From: Fervidicoccaceae archaeon | Lineage (GTDB): Archaea > Thermoproteota > Thermoprotei_A > Sulfolobales > Fervidicoccaceae | Assembly: GCA_038734945.1 (NCBI GenBank) | Contig: JAVYOA010000002.1 | Coordinates: forward strand, 1-64,000 | Reading direction: 5' to 3' | Length of the DNA: 64,000 nt | In this document: in pieces, positions 19,811 to 30,131 of the stretch | Layout of the letters: each line of letters begins with the position of its first letter | Numbering within the stretch: the stretch's first letter is position 1 | Program-made: the position numbers and the translations under genes | The notes under the pieces: model-generated | Seen by the model: the letters and a program-made list of their open reading frames with translations, nothing else | Told to the model about the DNA's origin: nothing | Database searches by the model: none

Positions 19811-20182
19811 TTATTTGGTTTTCAAGATCTCATCCAACTGGCTGAGGATAGAGCTGAGCTCATCGTCTTTATGGGCAAACTGTAAAGCAACTGGCTGAAG
19901 GAATTCCCTGATCTCAGCAAGATGTTCCTTTATTATATTTGAAATAGCCCTCTCTTTCAGCTTGAACATAGTTTTTTTGTTCTCGCAGAACCTCTCCACT
20001 ATTTTCATGGCCTCAAGATTTTTCAGTGTTAGAGAGACATGTCCCTTTGCATATCCGCTCTTTTGGACAAGCTCTCCAAATGTTAATGGCTTCTGGCTCT
20101 TCAGCATTATCCCAAGTATTACTGCAGCAGACAAGGTAAAGCCAAGCTTGAGAAAAAGCCTTGTGAATTCTAGGTCACTCAT
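19811..20182 (-). CDS. winged-HTH transcriptional regulator
   Basis: PLTFGELVQKSGYAKGHVSLTLKNLEAMKIV. Confidence 0.8.
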   Translation of the reverse strand: MSDLEFTRLFLKLGFTLSAAVILGIMLKSQKPLTFGELVQKSGYAKGHVSLTLKNLEAMKIVERFCENKKTMFKLKERAISNIIKEHLAEIREFLQPVALQFAHKDDELSSILSQLDEILKTK

Positions 20183-20248
20183 CGTGAAGACCTGTTCTAT
20201 TTGTTTTTCCTTTTTAAAACAATAATGCATTTTGCAAGATAAAAATTT

Positions 20249-20310
20249 TTGGCTCAGACCTCACACGGCTCAGCATTTCTTCTCAGAAATAGGTCGGTCA
20301 TCACTGCCAA
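20249..20310 (-). ncRNA. box C/D guide sRNA
   Basis: TTGGC-A-GTGATGA(C)-CCGACCTATTT-CTGA(D')-GAAGAA-ATGCTGA(C')-GCCGTGTGAGGT-CTGA(D)-GCCAA with 5-bp terminal stem. Confidence 0.88.
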
Positions 20311-20346
20311 TCTTTTATCGGGTTCCTAGAAAATAGGCTTATTGCT

Positions 20347-21036
20347 CTATCTCATGAGGTACTGTGCTCTGAGCTTCACCTCTCCGTTGACGTAGTAGAA
20401 GACTCCCCTTCTAACTCCCTCTTTCACTACCTCCTCGATGTGGATTGGGGGATCTATTTCATATGATTTTTTGAATTCATTTTCTATTTCAGCTATGCTC
20501 CACTTTCTAGAAGCATCTGACTGAAGAATTTTCTTCACGAGGTTTACTGAATCCTCGTAGTAGTTCCATGGATACATGTACCAGTACCATTCTCTGACTT
20601 CCTCAGCATAGTAATCGGGCTTGTACTTCGATATTGTGCTTATATACTGCATAGCAGCTGTCCTCAGCTCAGCAGGTTTAGAATTCCTAATTATGTGCTC
20701 TCTAGCTACCTCTATGCTCTTTCCAGTATCACATATATCGTCTACAAGCAGTACTTTCTTTTTGGAGAGATCGGTATCGAAGCCATACTTGATTGTCGCA
20801 TTCTCCACATGAGCAGCTGTTTCAAGCCAATGCTCCACCTTTATTGATAGCAGATCTATTACGCCGAGATAGTCGCATAGAAGCCTTGCTGTAACAACTC
20901 CTCCTCTTGCAATTGCTACAATAACATCTGGGTTATAGCCATCAGATACAATCTTTTTGGCAAGCTCTTTGCTCCAGGAAACAACATCCTCCCACTTGAC
21001 AAGCTTTACGGGGATTCTCGGCAGTTCAATCACCAT
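20347..21036 (-). CDS. purine phosphoribosyltransferase (type I PRT)
   Basis: IARGG, VLLVDDICDTGKS, W..YPW. Confidence 0.88.
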   Translation of the reverse strand: MVIELPRIPVKLVKWEDVVSWSKELAKKIVSDGYNPDVIVAIARGGVVTARLLCDYLGVIDLLSIKVEHWLETAAHVENATIKYGFDTDLSKKKVLLVDDICDTGKSIEVAREHIIRNSKPAELRTAAMQYISTISKYKPDYYAEEVREWYWYMYPWNYYEDSVNLVKKILQSDASRKWSIAEIENEFKKSYEIDPPIHIEEVVKEGVRRGVFYYVNGEVKLRAQYLMR

Positions 21037-21257
21037 AAATAAAAAGGAATAAGCATTTTTTATTTCTATTCTTTCGCTTTTCAATCCGAAGAGGATTTTT
21101 GCCAATTAAAAAAATTGGATTTTCAATTTTAAAATTAGCATTCTCTCTTCATACATATCAAATAGCCAAGAACAGGCTTCTGAACTCAAGAATATTTTTT
21201 TAATGTGTTCTTGCTATGAGATCTTGGGTGTTTTATTTGGAGAACTGGCTGAAAAAG

Positions 21258-22073
21258 GTGGAAAGCAGGGAGAGGAAGCTTGCTGATATAGCGATAATAG
21301 GAGGAAGCGGCTTGTATGATGCATCATTCCTTTCAGAGACAAGTGAGATCTGGATAAATACTCCATATGGCTCTCCAAGTGACTCAATAATTGTGGGAAA
21401 GATAGGGGAGAGGAATGTAGCATTTCTTCCCAGACATGGAAGAGGCCACAGGATCCCTCCACATAAAATTAACTACAGAGCCAACATGTGGGCTCTAAAG
21501 ACCATTGGAGTGAAGCTGGTAATATCTGTGAGCGCCGTTGGAAGCTTGAGAGAAGACTATAGGCCAGGCGACCTGGCTGTTCCAGATCAATTCATTGATA
21601 TGACGAAGAGGAGAGAATATACCTATTTCGATGGTCCAAGGGTGGCCCATGTTAGCATGGCAAGGCCATTCTGTGAGTATCTCAGAGGAGAGCTTCTCAT
21701 GGCTGGAAAGAGGGAAAACGTGAGAATGCATGGTGGAGGGACTTATGTGTGCATAGAGGGACCTAGATTCAGCACAGTGGCTGAAAGCAAAATATTCAAG
21801 GATGTTTTCAAGGCAGATCTCATAGGCATGACGCTGGTTCCAGAAGTAAATCTGGCATGTGAGCTTGAGATGTGCTATGCTACCTTGGCCATGATAACTG
21901 ACTATGATGTGTGGGCAGAGAGACCTGTTACAGCAGAGGAGGTCTCAAGGGTAATGGCAGAGAATGTTGAGAAGGCTAAGAGGATTGTCTATTCTGTAAT
22001 ACCGAATTTAAGGACTGAGCTAAAAGAGGATGAATGCAGTTGCTGCAGGAGCCTGGACACAGCTCTTCTCTGA
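21258..22073 (+). CDS. mtnP: S-methyl-5'-thioadenosine phosphorylase
   Basis: IIGGSG, PRHG, EGPRFST, GMT, TDYD. Confidence 0.93.
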   Translation: MESRERKLADIAIIGGSGLYDASFLSETSEIWINTPYGSPSDSIIVGKIGERNVAFLPRHGRGHRIPPHKINYRANMWALKTIGVKLVISVSAVGSLREDYRPGDLAVPDQFIDMTKRREYTYFDGPRVAHVSMARPFCEYLRGELLMAGKRENVRMHGGGTYVCIEGPRFSTVAESKIFKDVFKADLIGMTLVPEVNLACELEMCYATLAMITDYDVWAERPVTAEEVSRVMAENVEKAKRIVYSVIPNLRTELKEDECSCCRSLDTALL

Positions 22074-22087
22074 ATAGGGAGCAGCTT

Positions 22088-22960
22088 TTGACGGAAGTTG
22101 AAGGAATAATCCGAATAGCAGAAAGGGCAGGAGAAAAGATAGGAGGCTTCCTGAAAGAAGAAGCAGCCATAATATATAGTGGTATGGGATATCCAGGCGC
22201 ATATGTTCTGAAGAGCTATATGCAGGTACTGAGATGGGGAAATGCTCCGAAGCTGATGAATGCTGGCGAGTTTCTATTCAGTTTCATGCCATATTCCGAG
22301 GGAAAAATAAGAGCAATATATTTCATGGGAAGCATTAGAGAGAGAAGCCTGGCTTTAGCAGTTGCAGAAGGAGTCAGGGTGATGGGAGGAGAGATCATAG
22401 TTGTTACTCCGTTTCCCAATGATCCAATTATTAGAGGGAAAATTGGAGAGAGCAGCTTAGTCTCAGTGGAAGGCTCAAGAGATCCCCTTCTCTCCGAAAT
22501 CATCGCATCTGCCTTCGCTGGCATGATGAGTGCCGAGATGTCTGGTAGAAAGGAAGATATGAGAATTGTAAGATTGAGAAATGAGCTTAGATCATTGGCG
22601 GAGGTCTATCCCGATATAATTGAACAGAGCTGCCCAGACCTGAAAAAATTTTCGGATGAGAGGAGCAAAATAGATGTGCTATTTTCATCATCACTCTCTC
22701 CTCCAGCAAATCTGATTTGGTACAAGCTGGTTTCAATGGGAAAGGATTCAAGGCTCTTAGAAGTTGATGCCTCCTTGCCTATAGCTGAAAAGCTCTGGCC
22801 AGCTATTGTTCTTTATACGTCTGTTGAGGAAGGTGGAATGAAAGAATTGCTATATAGGCTGAGGACTATGAAAAATGAGGGAAAAATGATCCGTTTCAAT
22901 ACAGATCCGCTTACTGCGCAGATATATGCTTCTTTTCTGTCAAGATGCTTTATTCAGTAG
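22088..22960 (+). CDS. hypothetical protein, possible degenerate SIS-fold
   Basis: Long ORF with genome-like codon use; IIYSGMG resembles a SIS GMG loop. Confidence 0.55.
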   Translation: MTEVEGIIRIAERAGEKIGGFLKEEAAIIYSGMGYPGAYVLKSYMQVLRWGNAPKLMNAGEFLFSFMPYSEGKIRAIYFMGSIRERSLALAVAEGVRVMGGEIIVVTPFPNDPIIRGKIGESSLVSVEGSRDPLLSEIIASAFAGMMSAEMSGRKEDMRIVRLRNELRSLAEVYPDIIEQSCPDLKKFSDERSKIDVLFSSSLSPPANLIWYKLVSMGKDSRLLEVDASLPIAEKLWPAIVLYTSVEEGGMKELLYRLRTMKNEGKMIRFNTDPLTAQIYASFLSRCFIQ

Positions 22961-23997
22961 AGGCTCTTCACAATCCCAAGAGTTCTATCTGTTTTCTCTA
23001 TGCTCCTTTTCCCATCGCTCTCCAGCTCCATGGCAGCTCTAATAGCATCGATGTTTTCAGGAACAACTATGCTCTCATTTGCTGTTCCCCAAATGAGATA
23101 GAGTTCATTTTCCTCGGCCTTCATAAGGTCAAGCCATACAGGGACCTCGTATAGGTCTCCTCTGGTTCTGTTGAGATCTCTTGATAGCTCGAAGATGCTG
23201 TTCAGTCCAGCAACTCCGTCTGATGCTTTTACAAACACAACTCTCGGTTCGTCTCTCAATACATCTATGGCATCATTAAGCTCTATCCTCTTGTCAAACT
23301 CAAGCATCCCCATGTGCATGTGAAACAGATTATGGCTGCCCTTGACAGCTATTGTGAAGATGTTAAGTCCATCAACAACAGTTCTCGCATCTTCTCCATG
23401 ATGGCTTGGCACCTTGGTCTCAGGCACAACAGTGTTTATGGCTCCGCTCTCATGGCTTTCCCAAACGTCTACTGCTCTTCTCACTATTGTGACCCTTGCC
23501 TTTTTTACTCCAAGCTTTTCATGAAGCCCTCCAACAACTCTGGAGATCGCAGTTGTATTGCAGCTCACTACCCTTATGAACTGCTTTCCGATAGCTTTTT
23601 CGTAGTTTCTCTGAGCAACGAAGCTGACATCGGCTATGTTTGCTTTCTCTCCTCCTTGAAAAATTGCCTTTACCCCATATTTTTTATATAGATTTTCCTT
23701 GTTTTTGTATCCAATGTCCTTTGGAGTAGCATCCACAACTATATCTACGCTTCCGGATCGGATAAGCTCTTCAACTGTTCCTTCTAAGGGTAATCCAGAA
23801 GCTTTCATTTTAGGTAGGGCTTCCTGCGTAGCAGCATATATTCTGTATCCTTTTTTAACGGCAAGCCTAATTCTCCAGTCTGATGATACATCTCCGATTC
23901 CAATTAATGTCATATCATCCTGAGCTGAAACTGCATCTGCAACTCTCTTTCCAATAACGCCATAGCCCATAACAAGAACTCTTGCTTTCCCCTTCAT
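22954..23997 (-). CDS. gap: archaeal type II glyceraldehyde-3-phosphate dehydrogenase
   Basis: GYGVIGKRVADAV, FQGGEK, VVSCNTT, PSHH, ESIVVPENIDAIRA. Confidence 0.95.
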   Translation of the reverse strand: MKGKARVLVMGYGVIGKRVADAVSAQDDMTLIGIGDVSSDWRIRLAVKKGYRIYAATQEALPKMKASGLPLEGTVEELIRSGSVDIVVDATPKDIGYKNKENLYKKYGVKAIFQGGEKANIADVSFVAQRNYEKAIGKQFIRVVSCNTTAISRVVGGLHEKLGVKKARVTIVRRAVDVWESHESGAINTVVPETKVPSHHGEDARTVVDGLNIFTIAVKGSHNLFHMHMGMLEFDKRIELNDAIDVLRDEPRVVFVKASDGVAGLNSIFELSRDLNRTRGDLYEVPVWLDLMKAEENELYLIWGTANESIVVPENIDAIRAAMELESDGKRSIEKTDRTLGIVKSLY

Positions 23998-24141
23998 GTT
24001 TCAACACGGAAAAAATTAGTATCTTATCTTATTTATTTCTTTAGAGAGAATGAGCAGTGGAACTTGAAAATTGAAAATGAGAAAAATTATTATGAGGATT
24101 TAATTAGGGTAATTTGATCACGTTAACATGTGGGGAAAAAC

Positions 24142-24741
24142 ATGAGTGAACAGCCATTTCAGGGAGCAACGGTTGTAGGTATAAAGTTCAGCAATGGAGT
24201 GGTAATAGCTGGAGAGAGAAGAATGACATATGGAAGCTACATACAAAGCTCGAATGTCAAGAAAGTATTTTTGATCAATGAGAGAATGGCCATTGGGGCA
24301 GCAGGGACTATAGGGGATCTGCAGAATATTATAAGGTTGCTTAGGGAGGAAATAAGGTACTATGAGGGGGAAACAAAGAACAGGATGAAGGTTAGAAGCG
24401 CTGCAAAGCTGCTTTCGAATATACTATATTCCCTCAAGATTTTTCCTGCTATGGCAGAGTTCGTAGTCGGAGGCATTGAGGATGACTCTCCAGTACTGGC
24501 AGTTCTTGATCCTGTCGGTTCAGTTCTAGAGGATGACTTTGTTGCTGTGGGGAGCGGTGGAAGCATTGGAATAGGAATAATTGAAGAGCTTTACAAACCT
24601 GGAATGAGCGAAAATGAAGCCATAGAACTTGCAGTAAGAGCAGTTAAGCAGGGAATAAGGAGAGATGCTCTTTCTGGAGGAGATATCGATTACGTTGTGA
24701 TAACTAGGGAGAAAAGCTATGAGGGGAAAGCTAGAATTTAG
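24142..24741 (+). CDS. psmB: proteasome beta subunit
   Basis: GATVVGI, GSG, RDALSG Ntn fold. Confidence 0.92.
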   Translation: MSEQPFQGATVVGIKFSNGVVIAGERRMTYGSYIQSSNVKKVFLINERMAIGAAGTIGDLQNIIRLLREEIRYYEGETKNRMKVRSAAKLLSNILYSLKIFPAMAEFVVGGIEDDSPVLAVLDPVGSVLEDDFVAVGSGGSIGIGIIEELYKPGMSENEAIELAVRAVKQGIRRDALSGGDIDYVVITREKSYEGKARI

Positions 24742-24750
24742 TGTGGGAAA

Positions 24751-25392
24751 ATGCGATTTTTATTTGAGAAAGCAGCTAGAGCCCAGGAGGGGATGGCAGA
24801 GCTCATAGAGGAAAGAGACACGCTGAAAAACGAGCCTAGAAATGTTCTTGGGCTTGATGCTTCCTATTCTGGGAAACTAGTTTCTGCTGCTGCTGTTCTA
24901 TACAACATTGCGAAGAAGAGGGTTGAGCAGTACTCGGTTGCTATCATGAGGGTTAAGCTGCCATACGTTCCTGGCTTTCTGGGATTCAGGGAGATCCCTG
25001 CATTCATGGCTGCATTGAAGCAAATAGATTTGAATTCCGTTGATCTAATAATAGTTGATGGTCATGGAAGATTTCATCCGAGAATGGCTGGCTCAGCATC
25101 TCACATTTCACTTGCTGTTGGGAAGCCAACAATCGGTGTTGCTAAAAGTGCTTTGAAGGCTGATAGAATTGATAATAAGATAATTTATATGAGGGGAAGA
25201 CCTGTTGGAATGATTTTAGATGAGCCAGAGGGTTCGAGGAAACTGTATGTAAGCGTTGGAGGGGGCCTGAGTCTGGAGAGAAGCTATTATTTAATAAAGA
25301 AGCTCAGAAAAGGGAAAGGTCTTCCTTCGCCATTGGAATTTGCTGATCAACTTAGCAGGAGGGCTCTGAAAGATGCTCTATCGGGAGGCTAA
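24751..25392 (+). CDS. nfi: endonuclease V
   Basis: GLDASY, PYVPGFLGFRE, VDGHGRFHPR, GVAKS. Confidence 0.93.
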   Translation: MRFLFEKAARAQEGMAELIEERDTLKNEPRNVLGLDASYSGKLVSAAAVLYNIAKKRVEQYSVAIMRVKLPYVPGFLGFREIPAFMAALKQIDLNSVDLIIVDGHGRFHPRMAGSASHISLAVGKPTIGVAKSALKADRIDNKIIYMRGRPVGMILDEPEGSRKLYVSVGGGLSLERSYYLIKKLRKGKGLPSPLEFADQLSRRALKDALSGG

Positions 25393-26056
25393 AAAAGTTC
25401 TCTTCATTGCTCTGGCTTTTGGCGGGAAGAGAAGAGTCAGAATAGTTCAGCAGGCCTTGGCTTCCAGGATGGGGATGAGCCAGCAATCTGTCTCTAGGCT
25501 TCTGAAAATTCTTGAGGAGGAGGGATACATAATGAGATCAGTGAAAGGAAGGGGAGAGTTCATCGAGATAACTGAGAAGGGCCTCTCCGCTATGGAGGAG
25601 CTGTACGGATATATATCAAGGCTCATGAGTGAGGAGGCTAATATCGTAATTCTGGAGGGAAAAGTTGTAAGTGGACTGGGAGAAGGCCAGTATTACATGA
25701 AGCTTCCCTACTATAGGAATAAAATAGGTGAAATTTTGGGTTTCGATCCTTATCCTGGGACCCTGAATGTTCAGCTTGATGGTGAGTCATCTATTAAAAG
25801 GCTGGTCCTAACCAGGAGCAACGGACTTAGAATAGAAGGATACAGGAATAAGGAGAGATTCTACGGAGGAGCAACCCTTTTCAAGTCCAAGATAAATGGA
25901 TATGAGAAGGCTGCTATAATTATTCCAGATAGAACCAGTCATCCGAAAGATGTTATAGAAGTTATAGCTCCTGTATATCTTAGAGGGGAGCTTGGATTGA
26001 ATGATGGAGACAGGGTTGTCTTGGAGGTTAGCCTAGAAAGTGGTGTGAATGAATGA
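25373..26056 (+). CDS. ribK: CTP-dependent riboflavin kinase with N-terminal HTH
   Basis: SQQSVSR HTH; VSGLGEG, PYPGTLN, EVIAP.YLR. Confidence 0.93.
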   Translation: MLYREAKKVLFIALAFGGKRRVRIVQQALASRMGMSQQSVSRLLKILEEEGYIMRSVKGRGEFIEITEKGLSAMEELYGYISRLMSEEANIVILEGKVVSGLGEGQYYMKLPYYRNKIGEILGFDPYPGTLNVQLDGESSIKRLVLTRSNGLRIEGYRNKERFYGGATLFKSKINGYEKAAIIIPDRTSHPKDVIEVIAPVYLRGELGLNDGDRVVLEVSLESGVNE

Positions 26057-26814
26057 TACCAACGGGAGATGAGAATATAGAAATCGAGAGACCTGTGGTC
26101 AATGAGCTTCTAATCGTGATAAACACAGCTGTATTCATTGTGACATATTTCTTTCCTGGCTATATTCTACCAGGAGCAACATCTATAGATGATATAATTA
26201 ACGTTTATGGGTTCAAGCCGTACTTTCTGATAAAGGGAGAAGATCTATGGACGATCTTTACCGCAATGTTCATTCATACAGGCTTTTTGCATATAATGGG
26301 CAACATGCTCTATTTGTACATTTTCGGAGATAATGTTGAGGCAGCAATGGGGAAAGCGAGATACTTTCTCTTCTATATTTGCTCGGGAATTGGTGCAGTT
26401 GTCTTTCACGTTTTGAGCGTTGCTGTTTCAACATCTCTCTCTCCGGCCACTTCATACGGTCCCCTGTACAACCCCTGGCTGATTCCAGCTGTAGGGGCTA
26501 GCGGAGCTATAAGTGGAGTCTTGGGGGCATATTTGATAATGTATCCTGCAGGAAGTGTTAGGGCTCTGGGCCTCTGGTTCGTTATTCCGGTCTTATTTAG
26601 GATACCTGCCATTGCTTTCATTGGTTTTTGGTTTGTCTATCAGCTTATTCTTGCAGTGGTATCTCTTTCAGGCCCCTATGTTGGAATTGCCTTTTGGGCT
26701 CATGTGGGAGGATTCATCACGGGCATTGCGCTTGTACCAATATTTGCGAGCAGAGAGAGGATTAGGACACTGAGAATCCTTGCTGAAATGAGAAGGACAC
26801 CTGCTTTTGAGTGA
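26053..26814 (+). CDS. rhomboid intramembrane serine protease
   Basis: H..GNM, GASGAISG, AHVGGF. Confidence 0.93.
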   Translation: MIPTGDENIEIERPVVNELLIVINTAVFIVTYFFPGYILPGATSIDDIINVYGFKPYFLIKGEDLWTIFTAMFIHTGFLHIMGNMLYLYIFGDNVEAAMGKARYFLFYICSGIGAVVFHVLSVAVSTSLSPATSYGPLYNPWLIPAVGASGAISGVLGAYLIMYPAGSVRALGLWFVIPVLFRIPAIAFIGFWFVYQLILAVVSLSGPYVGIAFWAHVGGFITGIALVPIFASRERIRTLRILAEMRRTPAFE

Positions 26815-26829
26815 GGTGATTGCAGTTCA

Positions 26830-27666
26830 ATGGAGAGAAGAAAGAGAAGTGCGCTAATATATATCCTTGCTTTTTCCTTCCTAGGTGGTGCCTTTAAAAT
26901 ATATGGAGGAATTGTTTACAATTCAAAGTCGGTCCTGGTTGATGCTCTTACATCGGTGGCAAATTACATATCGCTGGTTCTAACTGTTTTGTTCATAAAG
27001 AAGAGCTTTGAACCGCCAGACAAAGATCATCACTTTGGACACTATAGGCTGAAATTTGGAGGATCCATTTTTACCTTGATGACTTATTCCTTTGTTGCTG
27101 GAATAGCACTTATGGAAGTTATCTCTCCTCACCCATATGAAATTTCTCCAGGAGCACCGGTCATGGCAGCTATAGGATTATCGTTCTATTTGATTTCAAT
27201 TGAGCTTTCGAGGAGAAGCGGAGATGATCCTTTGATTTACTACTCAAAGTTCACGTTCAGTGAGATCATAGAGGGGGTGACGGTCATATTCTCCTCTTTG
27301 CTGGGGGTGTTCTATAGCTATATTATTGATTATCTAGGATCCGTCGTTCTCACAGGCTATATATTATATGAGCTTTCAATGTCATTCAGAGAGCTGATTT
27401 TGAGGATAAGCGACCTAGCTCCACCGGAAGGAGTTGTCGATGATATAAAGAGGAGATTCATTGAGAGAGGTGTTGAAATAGAAGATATAAAGATGAGGTA
27501 TGTTGATGAGAAAAAGCTGGAAGGTCACCTCACGCTTATTGGAGATGATAAAACTAGAGAGGAAATGGAAAAGATTGTTGATGAGGCAAAAAGGGAAGTA
27601 TTGGAGAAGTATGAAGCAGATCTCTTTGTCGAGATAAAGGAAAAAAGAAAAGGAAGAAAAGATTAG
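26830..27666 (+). CDS. cation diffusion facilitator family transporter
   Basis: VDALTS, PPDKDHHFGH. Confidence 0.85.
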   Translation: MERRKRSALIYILAFSFLGGAFKIYGGIVYNSKSVLVDALTSVANYISLVLTVLFIKKSFEPPDKDHHFGHYRLKFGGSIFTLMTYSFVAGIALMEVISPHPYEISPGAPVMAAIGLSFYLISIELSRRSGDDPLIYYSKFTFSEIIEGVTVIFSSLLGVFYSYIIDYLGSVVLTGYILYELSMSFRELILRISDLAPPEGVVDDIKRRFIERGVEIEDIKMRYVDEKKLEGHLTLIGDDKTREEMEKIVDEAKREVLEKYEADLFVEIKEKRKGRKD

Positions 27667-27673
27667 GAGCCCT

Positions 27674-28282
27674 CTAAAGTATTGGAGCCCATTGGGCAAA
27701 TAACTTGAGGTGCTGAGGTACTGAGTTAGCAGATATATAAGCTGCCAGCAGTCCTGTCAGCACGAGCAGAGCAGCTTCCAATATAAGCAGTCCTCTATTT
27801 ACCTTTCCCCTGTCAAGCTGATATGAGGCAAAGTAGAACAGAACTGATGATAATCCTGCTCCTCCGTAGAGGAGAAACAGTGCCAGAGGCTCCTTCGTCA
27901 TGTTGTTGGCATAGCCCACAGCTCCATAGTATATTGTTACTATTCCGAAGACAAGAGCGAGAAATCCGATATATTCTAGTTTGTAGTTGTACTTGATGCT
28001 TATAGCCAAAGCAATCAGCCCTACTCCAAGAAGAGGATAGAGGTCATAGAATAGAATATTGTAGCTCCCTGGAAGAGGCCACAGCAAATTGCCAAATATT
28101 CCGGAAACTGCTATGTAGATTCCCAGCAGAAGAATGGGAATGTATAATGGCTTCAATTCCTTCATTATTTCTTCATATGTCGTATGAAGCATTGAGATTT
28201 TTGCAAAAGCATAGCCTATTAGTATGAAGGCTCCAGCCATGGCGAAGAGCTGTGCTGTTAGGGGATCTATGAACAGTGCCAT
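27674..28282 (-). CDS. DUF981 family membrane protein
   Basis: MALFIDPL start; WPLPGSYNILF. Confidence 0.8.
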   Translation of the reverse strand: MALFIDPLTAQLFAMAGAFILIGYAFAKISMLHTTYEEIMKELKPLYIPILLLGIYIAVSGIFGNLLWPLPGSYNILFYDLYPLLGVGLIALAISIKYNYKLEYIGFLALVFGIVTIYYGAVGYANNMTKEPLALFLLYGGAGLSSVLFYFASYQLDRGKVNRGLLILEAALLVLTGLLAAYISANSVPQHLKLFAQWAPIL

Positions 28283-28562
28283 TTTTTCACCCCAATTTTT
28301 CGAAAAGTACCTTAAGGAAATAATTTTCACGTATATACGGAAAATTTCTTAAAAAAACTAAAATTAATTAAACAAAGAAATTACTTAGCTCTTCTTCCCG
28401 GATCTTTAGCACTTTTGATTTGCCCTGGGACGTCGTGCTGAAAGAAAGTTAAAATAGAGCTCAGGAATTATTTGAAGGCGGTTGAGTTTCTCAGCTATTG
28501 AGTTTGCTGTAGAATATTTGGTTTTACAGTTTGTTTTTCCTTTAAAACTTATTCTTGAATAT

Positions 28563-30089
28563 TTAAACTTTGGCATTGCATTTGTCTTGTTTGCTCAATT
28601 TATTCACAAGCTGACTTTTATAGAAAGATCTGCTTCCTGTAAGAAAATAGCTCATAGAAGCGGAAACAACTGTGGGAATTATGTAGCTCGGACCCATAGT
28701 TTCAGCAACCAGAGTTATACTTGCCAAGAGGGACTTGCTCGTTGCAGCTACTACTGCAGCCATTGATAGTATGACATACAAAGCAGGAGGCTGAAGGTTA
28801 AAAATTTGTGCGTAAATTAGTCCAAGTACCCCCCCAACATAAAGCGATGGAATGAATAGCCCTCCGTTTCCACCGAAATTCATTGTTATGCTTGTGGCTA
28901 CAATTTTTAGAATTAAAAGCGCGATCAAATTTGTCAAAGTTAGTTTTCCTAATTCGGCTATGGAGATTTTATGAATGAAATCATAGCCTACCCCAAGCAC
29001 TTCAGGGTAAAAAAAGCCTATGATACCGAGAATTAATCCGGCATTTATTGTCATAAGCAGCATTGGAACTCTGCTGGAAACCCATTTGCTTATGGTGTTT
29101 AATATTTCAAATACTTCCATGAATGCAAAAGCGACTACTGCCGAGAGGATCCCTAGAAAAACTGCATGCATAAGGGTGGAAAGAGTTGGTTTAATAAATA
29201 TTGGAGTTGGAAAAATTGTTTCTGTTCCAAGAGTTATAGCGGAAATAAAATAGGCAGAAACAGAGGCAATAGATGCAGGGATAAAAACCTCGGCTTCTAT
29301 GTCTTTCTTGTAAGGTATTTCAAGGGCAAGCAATATCCCCGTCAATGGAGCTTTAAAGATTGCTGAAAATCCTGCTGCTGCTCCAGACAGAAACAGTGTT
29401 TTCACGTCTTTTTCATCCAACCTAAGCCTTCTAACAATAAACGAAGAGAGCCCTCCACCCAACAAAAGGCTTGGTCCCTCTAATCCAGCGCTTCCACCAA
29501 AACCCATGGTTATCACAGAGGCTAAAGTTTTGCTTAATGTATCTCTCAAGCTAACAAAGCCGCTTTTGAAATGATATCTTTCAATTAAAAGTTCTGTTCC
29601 GCAGCCACTCTCTTTATCTTCCGCCAAAAGTCTTACAGTTAAATATCCTCCGAGAAGGGCAATGATTGTTGAAACTAGGAGAAATGAAGAATTCCAGCTT
29701 ATAATAATAAATGATAAATAGTTTAGCAATTTGTAAGTGTAGAAAAGGAGGAATATGGCTAAGCCTATTACTGAACCTAAGATTAAGGGGAGCAACCAAT
29801 ACTTTGCTACTTCAAAAAATCTTTCGCTGCGCAGCTTCTTAAATTCCTCTTTAACGGCAAGTAAGTACTTGAGTAGCTTAGCACGGATTAGGTTGAAATA
29901 TTCGCCTTCCTCATGCTGGATAGAATTTTCAGCTTTCTTAACAACAAACCTAGTAAATGAGATGCCAGTCCTCTCAGCATGTCGCTGCAAGCTCCCGAGC
30001 ATCTTCAAAATGAGATAGTATGCATAGAACACTCGATCCTTAATTTTGCGCCTCTTACCTCTATCAGGTTTCATCGCAATCATGAACAA
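28563..30089 (-). CDS. ClC chloride channel/antiporter family protein (no CBS domains)
   Basis: GCGTE, GSAGLEGP, FKAPLTG, GGLFIP; start uncertain. Confidence 0.88.
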   Translation of the reverse strand: MFMIAMKPDRGKRRKIKDRVFYAYYLILKMLGSLQRHAERTGISFTRFVVKKAENSIQHEEGEYFNLIRAKLLKYLLAVKEEFKKLRSERFFEVAKYWLLPLILGSVIGLAIFLLFYTYKLLNYLSFIIISWNSSFLLVSTIIALLGGYLTVRLLAEDKESGCGTELLIERYHFKSGFVSLRDTLSKTLASVITMGFGGSAGLEGPSLLLGGGLSSFIVRRLRLDEKDVKTLFLSGAAAGFSAIFKAPLTGILLALEIPYKKDIEAEVFIPASIASVSAYFISAITLGTETIFPTPIFIKPTLSTLMHAVFLGILSAVVAFAFMEVFEILNTISKWVSSRVPMLLMTINAGLILGIIGFFYPEVLGVGYDFIHKISIAELGKLTLTNLIALLILKIVATSITMNFGGNGGLFIPSLYVGGVLGLIYAQIFNLQPPALYVILSMAAVVAATSKSLLASITLVAETMGPSYIIPTVVSASMSYFLTGSRSFYKSQLVNKLSKQDKCNAKV

Positions 30090-30131
30090 GAAAATAATAA
30101 TACAAGTATTTATAATTTAACAGTGAATCAG

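Noticed and set aside
28330..28562. attL copy of the tRNA-Leu 3' end bounding an island
   Set aside because: No convincing direct repeat found
30040..30131. Fluoride riboswitch / CLC-F exporter
   Set aside because: No crcB-motif pattern seen, and the protein lacks the GNNLI/GREGT signatures
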